Counted from the first letter of the stretch, positions 9,643-20,289 are shown. The stretch is DNA of 64,000 nt from an uncultured Candidatus Saccharibacteria bacterium (GCA_964350645.1 CAYGJY010000002.1:340936-404935), one strand, 5' to 3'. The notes: a model not told the origin generated them from the letters alone. Numbers and translations: made by a program.

Positions 9643-9836
9643 AACACTACAATTCAACTATTAATACCTCGTGTGAAGCGACCAGTGCAGCCAAGCAAAA
9701 GCCATTTCTTCTACGTGGAAGACATAATACAGTGCCCCGTGATATCTGTCACGATATTGACATATTTGTCTTTCGTGTAATTGACGAACGATGAAAGTAT
9801 TTTGTTTAAAGCTTTAAAATACAAGCTTTGTGGAAG

Positions 9837-11009
9837 TTAGGGTAGAAACTGACTGATCCAGTCAATGATTGAGCTCTTAGCTTTTTTAGCGATACCAAGG
9901 GTGGTTTGTTCTTCTTCGTCACTTGCTCCCCACATGCAGAGTCCATAAGAAACAGCCCAGGAGGCATCTTTAATTTTTCCATTTTGGCCAGGATCAAGGG
10001 TGGCAATTTTCGAGGGTAGGCGGAGCGAGGCTTTAGCAAGATCTTGAATGGTGGCAATGCCAGAGCCTCCACCAGTGATGATAATGCCGGCTGGCAGGAG
10101 GCCGTCGCGTTTGATTTTGCGTAAGTGCGCGTCGATAAGTTCGAAGATGTCAGTCAGTCGAGCAGCGATGATCTCGTCGAGTTTTCGTTTAGAATAATTG
10201 ATAGTACTCATGCCGCCACGTTTGATTTTTTCGGCCTCTTCAAGTGGAATTTTGAGACCGAGTGCGATGTCGTTGGTGATGTCGTTTGAACCGATAGGGA
10301 AGACTTTGAGGGAGACAGGTGTGTTGTTTTCAAAGACGACGATTGAGACAGTTTCGGCACCGATATTAGCCAGTACACAACCCGCTCGTTTTTGTGCCTT
10401 AGTGAGCATTACAAAACTAGCTGCAAGTGGTGCCACCATAACGTCTTCGACGCCAACACCAATACTTTCGATTGCTGACACTAGGTCATTTAAGTGTTGC
10501 TCAAAGGTAGTAATAAATAAAGCTTCAACTTCAAGCTTAGTACCTTTCATGCCATGTGGACGTCCCAGGACTTTTTCACCGTCAACACTATATGAGAGTG
10601 GAATTGCGTGGAGTATCTTGCGGTTAGGAATCTGCTCCATGATCCTATCCTCACTATCTTGCATCGCTTTATCTAGGTCAGTTTGGGTGATTTCTGAGTC
10701 AGCTCGAGAGGTGATAACTTCACCGTGAGAGTATAGTTCATCAATACCAATACTGCCTGTCGATAAGTAGGCTTTTTTAATAGTGACGCCAGCAGCTTTT
10801 TCAGCTTGGAGTACGGCACTGCGTACGCTACGCACTACGTCAGTTTCGTTGATAATATAGCCATTACGAAGACCGCGGCTTTCGGCGTAGCCAGTACCAA
10901 TAATCTGCGGCAAGCTTCGGCCGCCGTCTTTTTTCTTGGTACTTTTAACAACTACCACTTTAACCTGGTAGGTACCAACATCTATGCCGGCGATGATGCG
11001 GTCAGACAT
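9837..11009 (-). CDS. ftsA: Cell division protein FtsA
   Basis: GIDVGT, NIGAETV, ITNDIA, ITGGGS actin-fold motifs; directly upstream of ftsZ. Confidence 0.95.
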   Translation of the reverse strand: MSDRIIAGIDVGTYQVKVVVVKSTKKKDGGRSLPQIIGTGYAESRGLRNGYIINETDVVRSVRSAVLQAEKAAGVTIKKAYLSTGSIGIDELYSHGEVITSRADSEITQTDLDKAMQDSEDRIMEQIPNRKILHAIPLSYSVDGEKVLGRPHGMKGTKLEVEALFITTFEQHLNDLVSAIESIGVGVEDVMVAPLAASFVMLTKAQKRAGCVLANIGAETVSIVVFENNTPVSLKVFPIGSNDITNDIALGLKIPLEEAEKIKRGGMSTINYSKRKLDEIIAARLTDIFELIDAHLRKIKRDGLLPAGIIITGGGSGIATIQDLAKASLRLPSKIATLDPGQNGKIKDASWAVSYGLCMWGASDEEEQTTLGIAKKAKSSIIDWISQFLP

Positions 11010-11069
11010 ACTGGGTAGTATAGCATTTAGAAAAGCCCTAGTATGGCGGATATACCGAGATTACGGGGT

Positions 11070-11450
11070 TTACGAGAGTTTAAAACGTTCGAGGAAGCGT
11101 TTTTCGAGACGTTCCATCTTTGGGCTGTGTTCAAAACCTTTTAAGTGCAGCAGACCGTGGATAAATAGATACCCGACGTAACCCTTCTCCGACAGACCGT
11201 ATTTTTTTGATTCTTGCTTAGCGGTTGTGGGGGCAATGAAAATTTCACCACTGTCTTCAGCCAGAGTGAAAGACAATACGTTGGGGATATAGTTTTTACC
11301 ACGAGTTGACTCGTTTAATTTTTTAGCTCTGGTTGGTCCAATGAATACCAGTGACAAATTATAGTTTTTGCCAACGATGTTATTTTTGATCGTTTCGTAG
11401 GGGAGACTGGGGTAGTCCTTGACCGTACTCGAAATAGAAAATCGCTCCAT
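11070..11450 (-). CDS. ybeY: rRNA maturation endonuclease YbeY
   Basis: PNVLSF and HGLLHLKGFEH metal-binding motif. Confidence 0.92.
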   Translation of the reverse strand: MERFSISSTVKDYPSLPYETIKNNIVGKNYNLSLVFIGPTRAKKLNESTRGKNYIPNVLSFTLAEDSGEIFIAPTTAKQESKKYGLSEKGYVGYLFIHGLLHLKGFEHSPKMERLEKRFLERFKLS

Positions 11451-11495
11451 GTACCTTTGAGTGTACCATGAAGCGATTATCTGTATAGCGAGAGC

Positions 11496-11732
11496 TTAGC
11501 GACGCTTGTCTTGAATCTTGCCAAGTTTGTGAGCCAGTTCGTACTCGTCTTTTCGAGTCAGTTTTTTGAGGCGAGCCTCTTTCTGAACATTTCGACTCTT
11601 AATCCGAGCGTGATATCGCTGTCCACGCACCTTGCGTACGATGCCAGCATTCTGCACACGCTTAGTAAACCGACGAATCACGTTCGCACTACTTTCGTTA
11701 TTATTTTTTTCTACTTGAACGTTTGTTGCCAT
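11496..11732 (-). CDS. rpsU: 30S ribosomal protein bS21 (CPR type)
   Basis: VQVEKNNNESSANVIRRFTKRVQNAGI, basic 78 aa. Confidence 0.8.
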   Translation of the reverse strand: MATNVQVEKNNNESSANVIRRFTKRVQNAGIVRKVRGQRYHARIKSRNVQKEARLKKLTRKDEYELAHKLGKIQDKRR

Positions 11733-11810
11733 ATGTGGGCGCAAATATAGCATTATTGGTTAGTGATGGCAAGGTTTTTAGTATTTATGCTTGTATTTTA
11801 GAAGGACGGT

Positions 11811-11857
11811 GAAAGAAGCTGGCTGGCTGGGCGAAGCCCAGCCAGCCAGCTTCTTTC
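11811..11857. terminator. Hairpin/terminator
   Basis: 22-bp perfect inverted repeat with GAA loop, downstream of the HisRS-like gene. Confidence 0.8.
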
Positions 11858-11883
11858 TCTCGGCTACTTTTACTGTACTGTCT

Positions 11884-13065
11884 TTAGGCTAAGGCCTTAG
11901 CATTAATGCGTTTGAGTTGCGTGACTAGGTTGCTCATCGGAACGTGTTCTTGGCTGCGGGCATGCATGTTCCGTAAGATTACCGTGCCGTCAACATGTTC
12001 TTTCTGGCCGATAATTACTGTGTACTCAACGCCACGGGCTTCAGCATCCCTCAGTTGGGTTGAGAGTGAATCACAAGCAAGATTTTGGAAAACAGGAACG
12101 TTCTCTTTGCGGAGCTGGTCGATTAGCATAAGGCTAGAAATTTTTGGACCAAAACCGAGCTGTACTACGTACACTGAGGGTACATTGGTTTTTGGGATAC
12201 GCGGTATTCGGGCAGGGGCTTTTCGTTCGCGCATGACGACTACGGCGCCAGCGGCGGGAATTTCTTGTTTCGTGTGTCGCAGCATGAATTCATCGTAGCG
12301 CCCGCCGCGAATCTGTAGCGGCGATAGTGGGTCAGCTACACCCTCAGCGTCGTTGATGTCGAGAGCGAACAACGCATCTGAATAACAATGGTAGTGTCCC
12401 ATGAGCTTAGGATCAATTTCGTACGGAGTTTCACTCATGTCCAGAAATTCAACAATCTCACGAAAATGCTTACGGCTCGGATCACTTAAATGTTCGAGGG
12501 GGTTTGGACTACGGTAGGCCAGATCATGCTCTTTTTCTAGAAGATGCATCAGGGCATCAAAGACGTGCACTTTCATCAACTCTCGAGCAGCTACTGGCAT
12601 GTCGTCGAGGCGTTTTTTAAGATAGTTAGTAAGTTCGCGAGTGTAGCGAGTTGAAGAGTCACGGTCACCGAGCGAATTGATTCGGATGGTGTGATTGTCG
12701 TACCCAAGTTCAGTTGCTAGGGCGCGAGTAGTTTGAATAAGGATTGCCTCAGCAATACTTTTTTTCACACCAACTATTTGTAAGGCCAGGGCTACTTCAC
12801 CAGTGCGGGGTACTTGTTCAATGTTGTAGAACAATACTGGTTCCTCAAGAGCATGCATTTTAGCATCAGTATAGTTAGCCAGACCGTTGGTTAAAAGACC
12901 ATGGAGCGCATCAAGTTTGCGGTCAGCGGCTGTTGCTGAATGTTGAATCTTATCGCCGCACCGTTTACACAGGACATTTCTTTTGAAGGTGTCGGATGGT
13001 TGAAAACCGAAATGTTCAGCAGTGCTGGTTGCGGTTTTGAGGAAGTCTGTGCCGGTGATGTCCAT
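11884..13065 (-). CDS. Histidyl-tRNA synthetase-like paralogue with class IIa anticodon-binding domain
   Basis: IRINSLGD, GGRYDE, C-terminal VIIGQKE..GTVILRNM; motif 2 (RxERPQ) not recognisable. Confidence 0.75.
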   Translation of the reverse strand: MDITGTDFLKTATSTAEHFGFQPSDTFKRNVLCKRCGDKIQHSATAADRKLDALHGLLTNGLANYTDAKMHALEEPVLFYNIEQVPRTGEVALALQIVGVKKSIAEAILIQTTRALATELGYDNHTIRINSLGDRDSSTRYTRELTNYLKKRLDDMPVAARELMKVHVFDALMHLLEKEHDLAYRSPNPLEHLSDPSRKHFREIVEFLDMSETPYEIDPKLMGHYHCYSDALFALDINDAEGVADPLSPLQIRGGRYDEFMLRHTKQEIPAAGAVVVMRERKAPARIPRIPKTNVPSVYVVQLGFGPKISSLMLIDQLRKENVPVFQNLACDSLSTQLRDAEARGVEYTVIIGQKEHVDGTVILRNMHARSQEHVPMSNLVTQLKRINAKALA

Positions 13066-13084
13066 AGTAGTAGATAATTAGTGA

Positions 13085-13744
13085 TTAATTTGGTTCGCCG
13101 CCTCTCCCTGACAATGTCGCTTCTGATTGGTATCTGCCTGGGAAAACCCCGATTTCACCAATCGGGAAAAGTCGCAAGAGTGCGCGTCCGACGATCTTTT
13201 CCCGGGTCAGCACGCCCCACATTCGTGAGTCCGAGCTGGCATCGCGGTTATCACCCATGACAAAGTATTCACCATCACGGAGCTTTTCTTCAATACTGGC
13301 GTCGGGCTCCATAGTATTTATGTACGGCTCGTTGAGGATGACCCCTTGAGGATAGCTGTCGTTAAAAATAGTGACTGTATTGCCTTCAATAGTGAGTTTA
13401 TCGCCCGGCATTCCCACAATCCGCTTAATGAAGAACTTTGATGGGTCACGCGGGTAGCGGAAGATGATAACGTCTCCACGAGCTGGTTCTTCAAACCGGT
13501 AACTTAGCTGATCAACGATTAAATACTCGCCACCATGAAAGGTGTCTTCCATTGATGCTCCTGAGACAATAAAAGGTTGTGCGATAAACATCCGGATCGG
13601 TATGACGATGATAAGAGCAATAATTGCAAAGCGCACAATCTCAGTCAGTGGGTGTTCCTCTTTTTCAATGTCCGCCACAATGGCATCAACTGGGGTATCT
13701 ACTGATGATGAAAGATCTTTTTTGTCTTTTGAGAAGAAGCTCAT
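13085..13744 (-). CDS. lepB: Signal peptidase I
   Basis: VSGASM (Ser), FIKRIVG (Lys), GDNRDASSDSR. Confidence 0.95.
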   Translation of the reverse strand: MSFFSKDKKDLSSSVDTPVDAIVADIEKEEHPLTEIVRFAIIALIIVIPIRMFIAQPFIVSGASMEDTFHGGEYLIVDQLSYRFEEPARGDVIIFRYPRDPSKFFIKRIVGMPGDKLTIEGNTVTIFNDSYPQGVILNEPYINTMEPDASIEEKLRDGEYFVMGDNRDASSDSRMWGVLTREKIVGRALLRLFPIGEIGVFPGRYQSEATLSGRGGEPN

Positions 13745-13866
13745 AGCAGTACAATTTCTACTAGTATAAATGAAAATAAACATTCGAACAAATTATCTGT
13801 TTCTGGTAATGATTGCAGCTGTACTTAGAGGCAGTCACGTTGTTGGATTGTGGTAATCTAGTGGTG

Positions 13867-14448
13867 ATGTTTTACATTCTTGGCTTAGGCAATCCGGAAT
13901 CAAAGTATGATGGCACCCGACATAATGTTGGGCGGGATTTTGTGCGTGTGTTGGCGGGTGAGTCTGGTTGGGATACAAGTAAACACGCAAACGCCCAGTA
14001 TGTCTGGGGTACTGTAGCCGAAACAGATGTCGAGTGGTTGTTGCCGGAGACTTATATGAATAAATCGGGTGATACTGCGCACTATGTGGCTGAAAAGCAT
14101 GGTGCTACTCCTCAGCAGTTTGTGGTGTTGTATGACGATGTTGATTTGGCGATTGGTGAGCTGAAAGTGTCGGTTGGTAGAGGGGACGGGGGACATAACG
14201 GCATTAAGTCGATTATTCAAGCCTTGAAGAGTAGGGATTTTGTGCGGATAAGAGTAGGGGTGGCACCAAAGAGTTTTTGGACAGGGAAGGCGCGGCGGCC
14301 AGAGGCCGCTGCGCTCAGCCGTCATGTCCTCGGGAAGTTTTCGAGTGGTGAACAAAAAAAGCTCGCGGACGTGCGAGACAAGGTTAAGCAGGTCCTAGAG
14401 ACGGTGGTAAAAGATGGCGTCGAGATTGCGATGAACCAGTTTAATTAA
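13867..14448 (+). CDS. pth: Peptidyl-tRNA hydrolase
   Basis: GLGNP..Y..TRHNVG, TYMNKSG, GGHNGIKS. Confidence 0.96.
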   Translation: MFYILGLGNPESKYDGTRHNVGRDFVRVLAGESGWDTSKHANAQYVWGTVAETDVEWLLPETYMNKSGDTAHYVAEKHGATPQQFVVLYDDVDLAIGELKVSVGRGDGGHNGIKSIIQALKSRDFVRIRVGVAPKSFWTGKARRPEAAALSRHVLGKFSSGEQKKLADVRDKVKQVLETVVKDGVEIAMNQFN

Positions 14449-14454
14449 GTAGGT

Positions 14455-14496
14455 ATACAAAAAGAGCGGCGCCGAAAGGCGCCGCTCTTTTTGTAT
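14455..14496. terminator. Bidirectional terminator pth/rpsA
   Basis: 19-bp inverted repeat, GAAA loop, A/T tracts on both sides. Confidence 0.88.
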
Positions 14497-14507
14497 CGTG
14501 CCCCTAC

Positions 14508-15659
14508 TTACTTAGTAGTGTTGGCTTCTTTGAATGATAGAGTCATTCGTTGTTCTTTTGGTTCAAAGAGAGTGATCTTGAACTTGTACACGCTTCCAAG
14601 TGAAATCGCTTCTTTCAACGCTTCTTCACTTTCAAATTCTGAAATGTGTACCAAACCAGCAACACCTTCTTCAATTGAAGCTAGGGCACCGTGTTTGTTG
14701 TACTTAATTGCTACTCCTTCTACCATTTGGTCTTTCTTGTATTTCTTGGCGGCAGTTTCCCAAGGATTTTCTTTGAGTTGCTTGATTGAGAGAGAAATCT
14801 TGTCGTCTTTCACTTCAATTACTTTGACTCGTACTTTGTCGCCAACCTTGAAGAGTGAACGAGTGTCTTCGACGAGACCCCAGTCAAGTTCAGAGATGTG
14901 TACAAGACCTTCGAGACCTTCTTCAAGCTTCACAAAGACACCAAAGTCGACAGCACCAGTAACTTCACCGTTCAGTTCGTCACCGAGTTCGTATTTGTTA
15001 ACTTTAGCTTCCTTCTCCTCCTTCTCTTGCGGACCTTTTTCTGAGAAGATCAGCTTACCTTCAGCTTGGTCAGCAGTGATAATGACAACTGAGAGGAATT
15101 GTCCGACGAGGTTTTGCAGTTCGACGAGAATCTTGTCCTTATCGCCATCAGCAACACGCGGGTAGTTTTCGGCTGAGAGTTGTGAAGCTGGAAGGAAACC
15201 TTGGATGCCTTGCCAGTCTAGGATGAGACCACCCTTGTTAGCTTCTTTAACTGCGAGGCTGAGCACTGTCTGCTTCTTAGCAGCGGCTTCAGCATCGCTC
15301 CAGATTAACGCTTGGCGCGCTTCCTTGAGTGATAGTTCGATATACCCGTCTTCGTTACTGGCATCAACGACTTTGGCAGCGATGGCGTCGCCAACCGCTA
15401 CTTTGCGTAAAATATCGCGTGCGTTCATGAACTCACGTCCAAAAATGAGGCCAGTTCCAAACGGAGCTAGTTCAACATAGACACGGGCCCGACCAATCGC
15501 TGATACGGTACCTTCAATAATGTCGCCTTCTTTTGGTGGTTCTGGGCTATCAATAAGCCAGTTACCTGTTGGTGCAGTTGGTGTGTCTGAGACAGCATCA
15601 GTTGCTACTGGAGTTGTCCCAAGCACGCGGTCTGCAACCGCTTTGGCTGCTTCTAACAT
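14508..15659 (-). CDS. rpsA: 30S ribosomal protein bS1
   Basis: Repeated S1 domains (GFLPASQL, EGLVHISEL, AGLVHISE). Confidence 0.92.
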   Translation of the reverse strand: MLEAAKAVADRVLGTTPVATDAVSDTPTAPTGNWLIDSPEPPKEGDIIEGTVSAIGRARVYVELAPFGTGLIFGREFMNARDILRKVAVGDAIAAKVVDASNEDGYIELSLKEARQALIWSDAEAAAKKQTVLSLAVKEANKGGLILDWQGIQGFLPASQLSAENYPRVADGDKDKILVELQNLVGQFLSVVIITADQAEGKLIFSEKGPQEKEEKEAKVNKYELGDELNGEVTGAVDFGVFVKLEEGLEGLVHISELDWGLVEDTRSLFKVGDKVRVKVIEVKDDKISLSIKQLKENPWETAAKKYKKDQMVEGVAIKYNKHGALASIEEGVAGLVHISEFESEEALKEAISLGSVYKFKITLFEPKEQRMTLSFKEANTTK

Positions 15660-15676
15660 ATTTATTTATTTTTATT

Positions 15677-15780
15677 CCGACGACACGTATCCGGATAACC
15701 AATTCGCGAAGTGAAGAAATTACGAAGTAATTTCTTCACCGGCCGTAGTTCTCGAATCCGGGGCTAAGCGTGTGCCGCTA
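15677..15780 (-). promoter_or_regulatory. Structured 5' leader of rpsA
   Basis: Nested stems CCGGAT/ATCCGG and a 13-bp GTGAAGAAATTAC/GTAATTTCTTCAC, followed by an A/U-rich tract before the ATG. Confidence 0.5.
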
Positions 15781-15871
15781 GGAAACTATTAATACCTGTG
15801 TAGGTGGCGAATACTATACCTTTATTATAAAAATTTGCAATAGATTTTTCTGTAAAAAAGCAATCGACTAG

Positions 15872-16058
15872 AAATGAAAATCGCCAACCAACAATTTGTG
15901 GAAGGCGAGTGAGTGATGGACGTTTTTTGTCCATGTACGTTAGTACACCGCCCAGCTCGATCTTTTGCCACTGTACCCACAGGTGGCCTAAGTCAAGCTG
16001 GGCGAGGAGCGCACGTGGGCAGCTCTGCCCGATCGCTGTCCATCGATCGAGCATGGAA
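15872..16058 (-). ncRNA. Candidate multi-stem ncRNA (family unknown)
   Basis: TTGACA at 16085-16090 (minus); several stems whose G-U pairs work only on the minus strand; terminal hairpin + T-tract. Confidence 0.4.
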
Positions 16059-16102
16059 AGTATGTAATCGGTAAAGTAACACTTTGTCAAGAGTGAGCGG
16101 CT

Positions 16103-16137
16103 CCGGGCGGGTGAGCGCTTTGCGCTCACCCGCCCGG
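16103..16137. repeat. GC-rich perfect palindrome (REP-like)
   Basis: CCGGGCGGGTGAGCGC-TTT-GCGCTCACCCGCCCGG, no U-tract, between divergent units. Confidence 0.7.
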
Positions 16138-16155
16138 GCGCGTATAATACCCACC

Positions 16156-16776
16156 ATGGTTATCACGTATCACGGTGGTCAGTGTTTTAAGGTGTCTTTT
16201 GGTGATACCACCTTGGCATTCGACCCAATCGCAAAGAAATCAAAGCTATCACCAGTAAAATTTGGCTCTGATGTGGCCTTTGTCTCAATGCATCATCCCA
16301 ACTTCGACGGTGTCGAGCAGGTTGCTCACGGCAACAAACAACCGTTCGTGGTTGATGGTCCAGGAGAATATGAAATTGGCGATGTCACAGTGCGTGGTTT
16401 TGGTGTCCTCACTACGTACGATAAAGTTGAACGGTTCAACACTATCTATCAAGTGCAGCTCGAAGGCATGAATATTATTTTCTTAGGCGCTCTCGGTACT
16501 CCAGACATTGATAGTAAGATCCTAGGTGAGTTCGGTGATATCGACATTCTTTTTGTGCCAATTGGCGGCGGCGATGTGCTCGAAGTCCCACAAGCATCGA
16601 AGTTAGCGACCAAACTTGAAGCCAAAGTGATTTTCCCAATGCATTACGACGCGAAAGCACTGAGTGCATTTTTGAAAGAGGAAAGTGCTGAAGGTACGAA
16701 AGTGATTGATAAGGCGACCCTTAAGAAGAAAGACGTCGCTGCTATGTCTGGCGAGATAATTGTTCTTAAAGTCTAA
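16156..16776 (+). CDS. MBL-fold metallo-hydrolase (Lactamase_B_3-like)
   Basis: ITYHGGQCF, DGPGEYE, DILFVPIGG, IFPMHY; metal motif degenerate (SMHHPNF). Confidence 0.82.
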   Translation: MVITYHGGQCFKVSFGDTTLAFDPIAKKSKLSPVKFGSDVAFVSMHHPNFDGVEQVAHGNKQPFVVDGPGEYEIGDVTVRGFGVLTTYDKVERFNTIYQVQLEGMNIIFLGALGTPDIDSKILGEFGDIDILFVPIGGGDVLEVPQASKLATKLEAKVIFPMHYDAKALSAFLKEESAEGTKVIDKATLKKKDVAAMSGEIIVLKV

Positions 16777-16783
16777 CGTTGCT

Positions 16784-17209
16784 ATGTGGGCCTGGATTGA
16801 TCGACTTCGCCAAAAGCCCAAAGCAGTACGCGATCAGTACGCGTTTTTTGCTGCTGCAGGCATTGCCGGTGTGATCGCTATGATTTGGGTAGCAACGTTG
16901 CCAAATCATTTTGCTCGTATGGTAGAACCTACCACAGGCCCAGAGCAAGAAGCGGTTGGTGCTTTTAAGCGATTTTTTACTGATGCTAAATTAAATCTTG
17001 GAGCGATCGTCACTAGCACACTAATCAAGAGTACATCAACAGAAGCAGTGGCAACTACGACACCATTACCGGCTGGCCTAGTAATTCCGACACTTGAAGA
17101 AGAGACTATCCAGCAAGTCACAGGTGACACAAAGCCGCGTTTCGGCCGGCCAGTGTTGATTGAGTCTAGTCGCAGTGCCAGTGTTACAGCCAGCACTACC
17201 AGTAATTAA
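16784..17209 (+). CDS. Hypothetical single-pass membrane protein
   Basis: N-terminal LRQKPKAVR then a TM helix and a Thr-rich tail. Confidence 0.65.
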   Translation: MWAWIDRLRQKPKAVRDQYAFFAAAGIAGVIAMIWVATLPNHFARMVEPTTGPEQEAVGAFKRFFTDAKLNLGAIVTSTLIKSTSTEAVATTTPLPAGLVIPTLEEETIQQVTGDTKPRFGRPVLIESSRSASVTASTTSN

Positions 17210-17276
17210 CGTTTTGATTATTAGCTTCTTGCGGGGTATACTTGCCCGCATATAATGACTGTCACCCTAAATTACT

Positions 17277-19748
17277 ATGCCGAAAAAGACAACTAAAGGA
17301 GAAGAACAAGTACCGCGCGCTCGTGGTATCGTGGCCCAAAGCATTACCGACGAAATGCAGACTGCCTACCTCGACTACGCGATGAGCGTAATCACGGCCC
17401 GTGCACTGCCAGACGTGCGTGATGGTTTGAAGCCAGTGCATCGTCGGATTCTGTATTCAATGAGGCTCAATGGTCTCACCTCAACAGCGAAGTTTAAAAA
17501 ATCGGCAACGGTAGTGGGAGACGTACTCGGTAGTTTTCATCCGCATGGTGACGTTGCAGTATATGAGTCGATGGTTAAGTTAGTGCAGCAATTTTCGACC
17601 CGGTATCCGCTCGTAATCGGGCAAGGAAACTTTGGATCAGTCGATGGTGATAGTGCAGCGGCCTATCGGTATACCGAAGCTAAGATGTCAAAGATCGCTG
17701 AAGAGATGCTGCGTGATCTTGAAAAAGACACTGTTGACTGGCGACCAAACTTTGACGGCACTAAGAAAGAGCCAGTTGTCTTACCAGCTGGTGTACCAAA
17801 TCTTCTTCTGCTCGGGACGCTCGGGATCGCAGTGGGAATGGCTACTAATATTCCGCCGCATAACCTGCGAGAGATCGCTGCCGCGGTAGCTCACTTGGCC
17901 GATAATCCTGATGCTACGACTGATGATCTTCTCAAATTTGTTCAGGGTCCCGACTTCCCACTGGGAGGAATCGCATTTAATAAAAAAGATATAGCCCACG
18001 CGTATGCGACGGGTAAAGGTGGTGTTGTCGTACGAGGTGAAGCGGAGATAGTGGAGGATAAAAAAGGTGCTTTTTCAATTGTCATTACGTCGATTCCGTT
18101 TCGCGTGAACAAGGCTGACATGCAAGAGAAGATTGCTGGTCTCGTGCGAGACAAGAAAATTGAAGGCATTCGTGAGATGCGCGATGAATCAACCTCAGAC
18201 ATTCGCGTGGTAATTGATCTCAAAAACGGCACGAATCCACAGACCGTTCTCAACAAACTCTATAAACACACTCAACTCGAAGATACATTCCACTACAACA
18301 TGGTGGCGCTGGTTGATGGTGTGCCCCAGACATTGTCATTGAAGGTGATTTTACAGGAGTACGTCAAACACCGGGTTGAAGTGATTCGCCGCCGGACTCA
18401 ATACGACCTTACAAAAGCAGAAGATCGTGAGCATATTTTGCTTGGTTTGAAGAAAGCACTCGACCATATCGACAAGATCATCAAGTTAATTCGTGCAGCC
18501 AAAGATGTACCAACAGCTCATGCCGCCTTGATGAAAGAATTTAAGTTCTCTGAAGTGCAAGCGCAAGCAATTCTTGATATGCGACTCCAGAAACTGGCTG
18601 GCTTGGAACGAAAGAAGATTGAAGATGAACTCAAGGAAGTCCAGGCGCTGATTAAAGAATTGCAGGCGATTTTGAAGAGTAAAGCCAAGATGATGGGAAT
18701 CGTAAAGAAAGAACTAGCTGAGATTGCTGAAAAATTTGGTGATGACCGTCGCACGAAGATCGTGAAAGGTGGCGTGAAGGCCATGTCAGCTGAAGACTTA
18801 GTGCCAGACGAAGAATCAGTACTGGTACTGACTGCGGGTGGTTATGTCAAGCGCACTAACCCAAGTGAATACAAGACGCAAAAGCGCGGTGGTGTTGGTG
18901 TTGTCGATCTCAATACCAAAGAAGAAGATGTCGTGACGACATTGCTCACTACCTCATCACACAGTGATCTTCTCTTCTTCACCAACCGCGGTAAGGTGTA
19001 TTCGACCAAGATGTACGAAATCCCAGAAGGGCGCCGTGCAACCAAAGGTAAGTCAATTATGAACTTCTTATCTATGGAAGGTGACGAGCATGTGACCTCA
19101 GTGTTGGCTGTTCGTAAAGACGAATGGGAGGGAGATTGGGGTCTCATGATGTTCACCAAACATGGAGTGGCTAAGAAATCTGATGCCGCATCCTTTAAAG
19201 ATGTTCGTCGCTCTGGCTTAATTGCGATTACCTTGAAAGGTGATGACTCTCTAATTTCAGCGAAGTTTGCCGGTAAGGGCGACGAAGTCTCGCTGATTAC
19301 CAGTAATGGCCAGGCTATTCGCTTTAAGGAAGCTGATGTACGTGAAATGGGACGAACTGCCGCCGGGGTGACTGCTATGAAGCTAAAGAAAGAGGATTAT
19401 ATTGTCTCAGCTGACGTACTAACAAAAGGTGATACAGACCGTGAGATCTTGGTGGTGACAGAAAATGGCTTTGGTAAAACAACACCGGCCAGTGAGTACA
19501 AGGTCCAAAGCCGGGCTGGTAGTGGGATCAAAACTGCCAAGATTACGACCAAGACAGGTCATGTGGTTGGTGGGGCAGTTTTGTCAAAAGAAGATCGAGC
19601 TGAAGGAGAGCTGATTGTGATGAGTAAGAAAGGGCAGGTGATTAAGCTACCGATCAAAGATGTCCCGAGCCTCGGGCGTGACACCCAGGGAGTGAAGGTT
19701 ATGAAGCTGCGTGCGGGTGATGCTATTGCTAGTATTGTCTATTTCTAA
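17277..19748 (+). CDS. gyrA: DNA gyrase subunit A
   Basis: [27 protein letters not shown] catalytic Tyr, GyrA box QKRGGVG. Confidence 0.97.
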   Translation: MPKKTTKGEEQVPRARGIVAQSITDEMQTAYLDYAMSVITARALPDVRDGLKPVHRRILYSMRLNGLTSTAKFKKSATVVGDVLGSFHPHGDVAVYESMVKLVQQFSTRYPLVIGQGNFGSVDGDSAAAYRYTEAKMSKIAEEMLRDLEKDTVDWRPNFDGTKKEPVVLPAGVPNLLLLGTLGIAVGMATNIPPHNLREIAAAVAHLADNPDATTDDLLKFVQGPDFPLGGIAFNKKDIAHAYATGKGGVVVRGEAEIVEDKKGAFSIVITSIPFRVNKADMQEKIAGLVRDKKIEGIREMRDESTSDIRVVIDLKNGTNPQTVLNKLYKHTQLEDTFHYNMVALVDGVPQTLSLKVILQEYVKHRVEVIRRRTQYDLTKAEDREHILLGLKKALDHIDKIIKLIRAAKDVPTAHAALMKEFKFSEVQAQAILDMRLQKLAGLERKKIEDELKEVQALIKELQAILKSKAKMMGIVKKELAEIAEKFGDDRRTKIVKGGVKAMSAEDLVPDEESVLVLTAGGYVKRTNPSEYKTQKRGGVGVVDLNTKEEDVVTTLLTTSSHSDLLFFTNRGKVYSTKMYEIPEGRRATKGKSIMNFLSMEGDEHVTSVLAVRKDEWEGDWGLMMFTKHGVAKKSDAASFKDVRRSGLIAITLKGDDSLISAKFAGKGDEVSLITSNGQAIRFKEADVREMGRTAAGVTAMKLKKEDYIVSADVLTKGDTDREILVVTENGFGKTTPASEYKVQSRAGSGIKTAKITTKTGHVVGGAVLSKEDRAEGELIVMSKKGQVIKLPIKDVPSLGRDTQGVKVMKLRAGDAIASIVYF

Positions 19749-19752
19749 AGGT

Positions 19753-20289
19753 ATGGATGGTGCATTCGAGCTTCAAAAAATAGCTAGGCAGCCAGCTGCT
19801 GTACCAGAGCTATTGCAAGAAAAGGTTACAGCATTCTATCCTGGAGTAGGATCCACCAAAGAGCTTACACCAAAGCTTGATAGGTTATCTCCAGGAATGT
19901 ACGAAAATCTCATGCCTATGTTGGAAGCGTTACATACGCATATACAGAAGCCGATTCTGGTTGACACGTTTGGCAATGATCATGACGCGCGTCGTGCGTG
20001 GGAGGCAGGAATTGTTCACAGAAACCCAGACTACAAAACACTTTTTGATAATAATAAAATGGGTGGGAACAGTAATCCTATTGGATTAGTGAGTGTGATA
20101 AGAGAAGTGTGCGGAGATAGTGCAGCTGATCTCCCTGAGTTACCGGAGCGAGTTATGAGTCAGGTTGAATCTAATACCTGGGCGGCACTTAGTGATGAAG
20201 AAAAAAGAAATATTCTTATAGTCCTCGATGCTTATTTTGAAAAGGTCTTGACCTATTTTACAGACTACATACCTCAGGAAGGTAACTGA
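19753..20289 (+). CDS. Hypothetical protein
   Basis: Open ORF starting 5 nt after the gyrA stop; no recognised motif. Confidence 0.55.
   Translation: MDGAFELQKIARQPAAVPELLQEKVTAFYPGVGSTKELTPKLDRLSPGMYENLMPMLEALHTHIQKPILVDTFGNDHDARRAWEAGIVHRNPDYKTLFDNNKMGGNSNPIGLVSVIREVCGDSAADLPELPERVMSQVESNTWAALSDEEKRNILIVLDAYFEKVLTYFTDYIPQEGN

Noticed and set aside
9738-9770. Palindromes upstream of ftsZ (CGTGA-N6-TCACG, GACA-N4-TGTC) as an operator
   Set aside because: Short, no second copy noticed in the window, and no regulator to assign.
15764-16129. 121-aa minus-strand ORF
   Set aside because: Starts inside a palindrome and crosses promoter and hairpin sequence; a structured RNA explains the region better.
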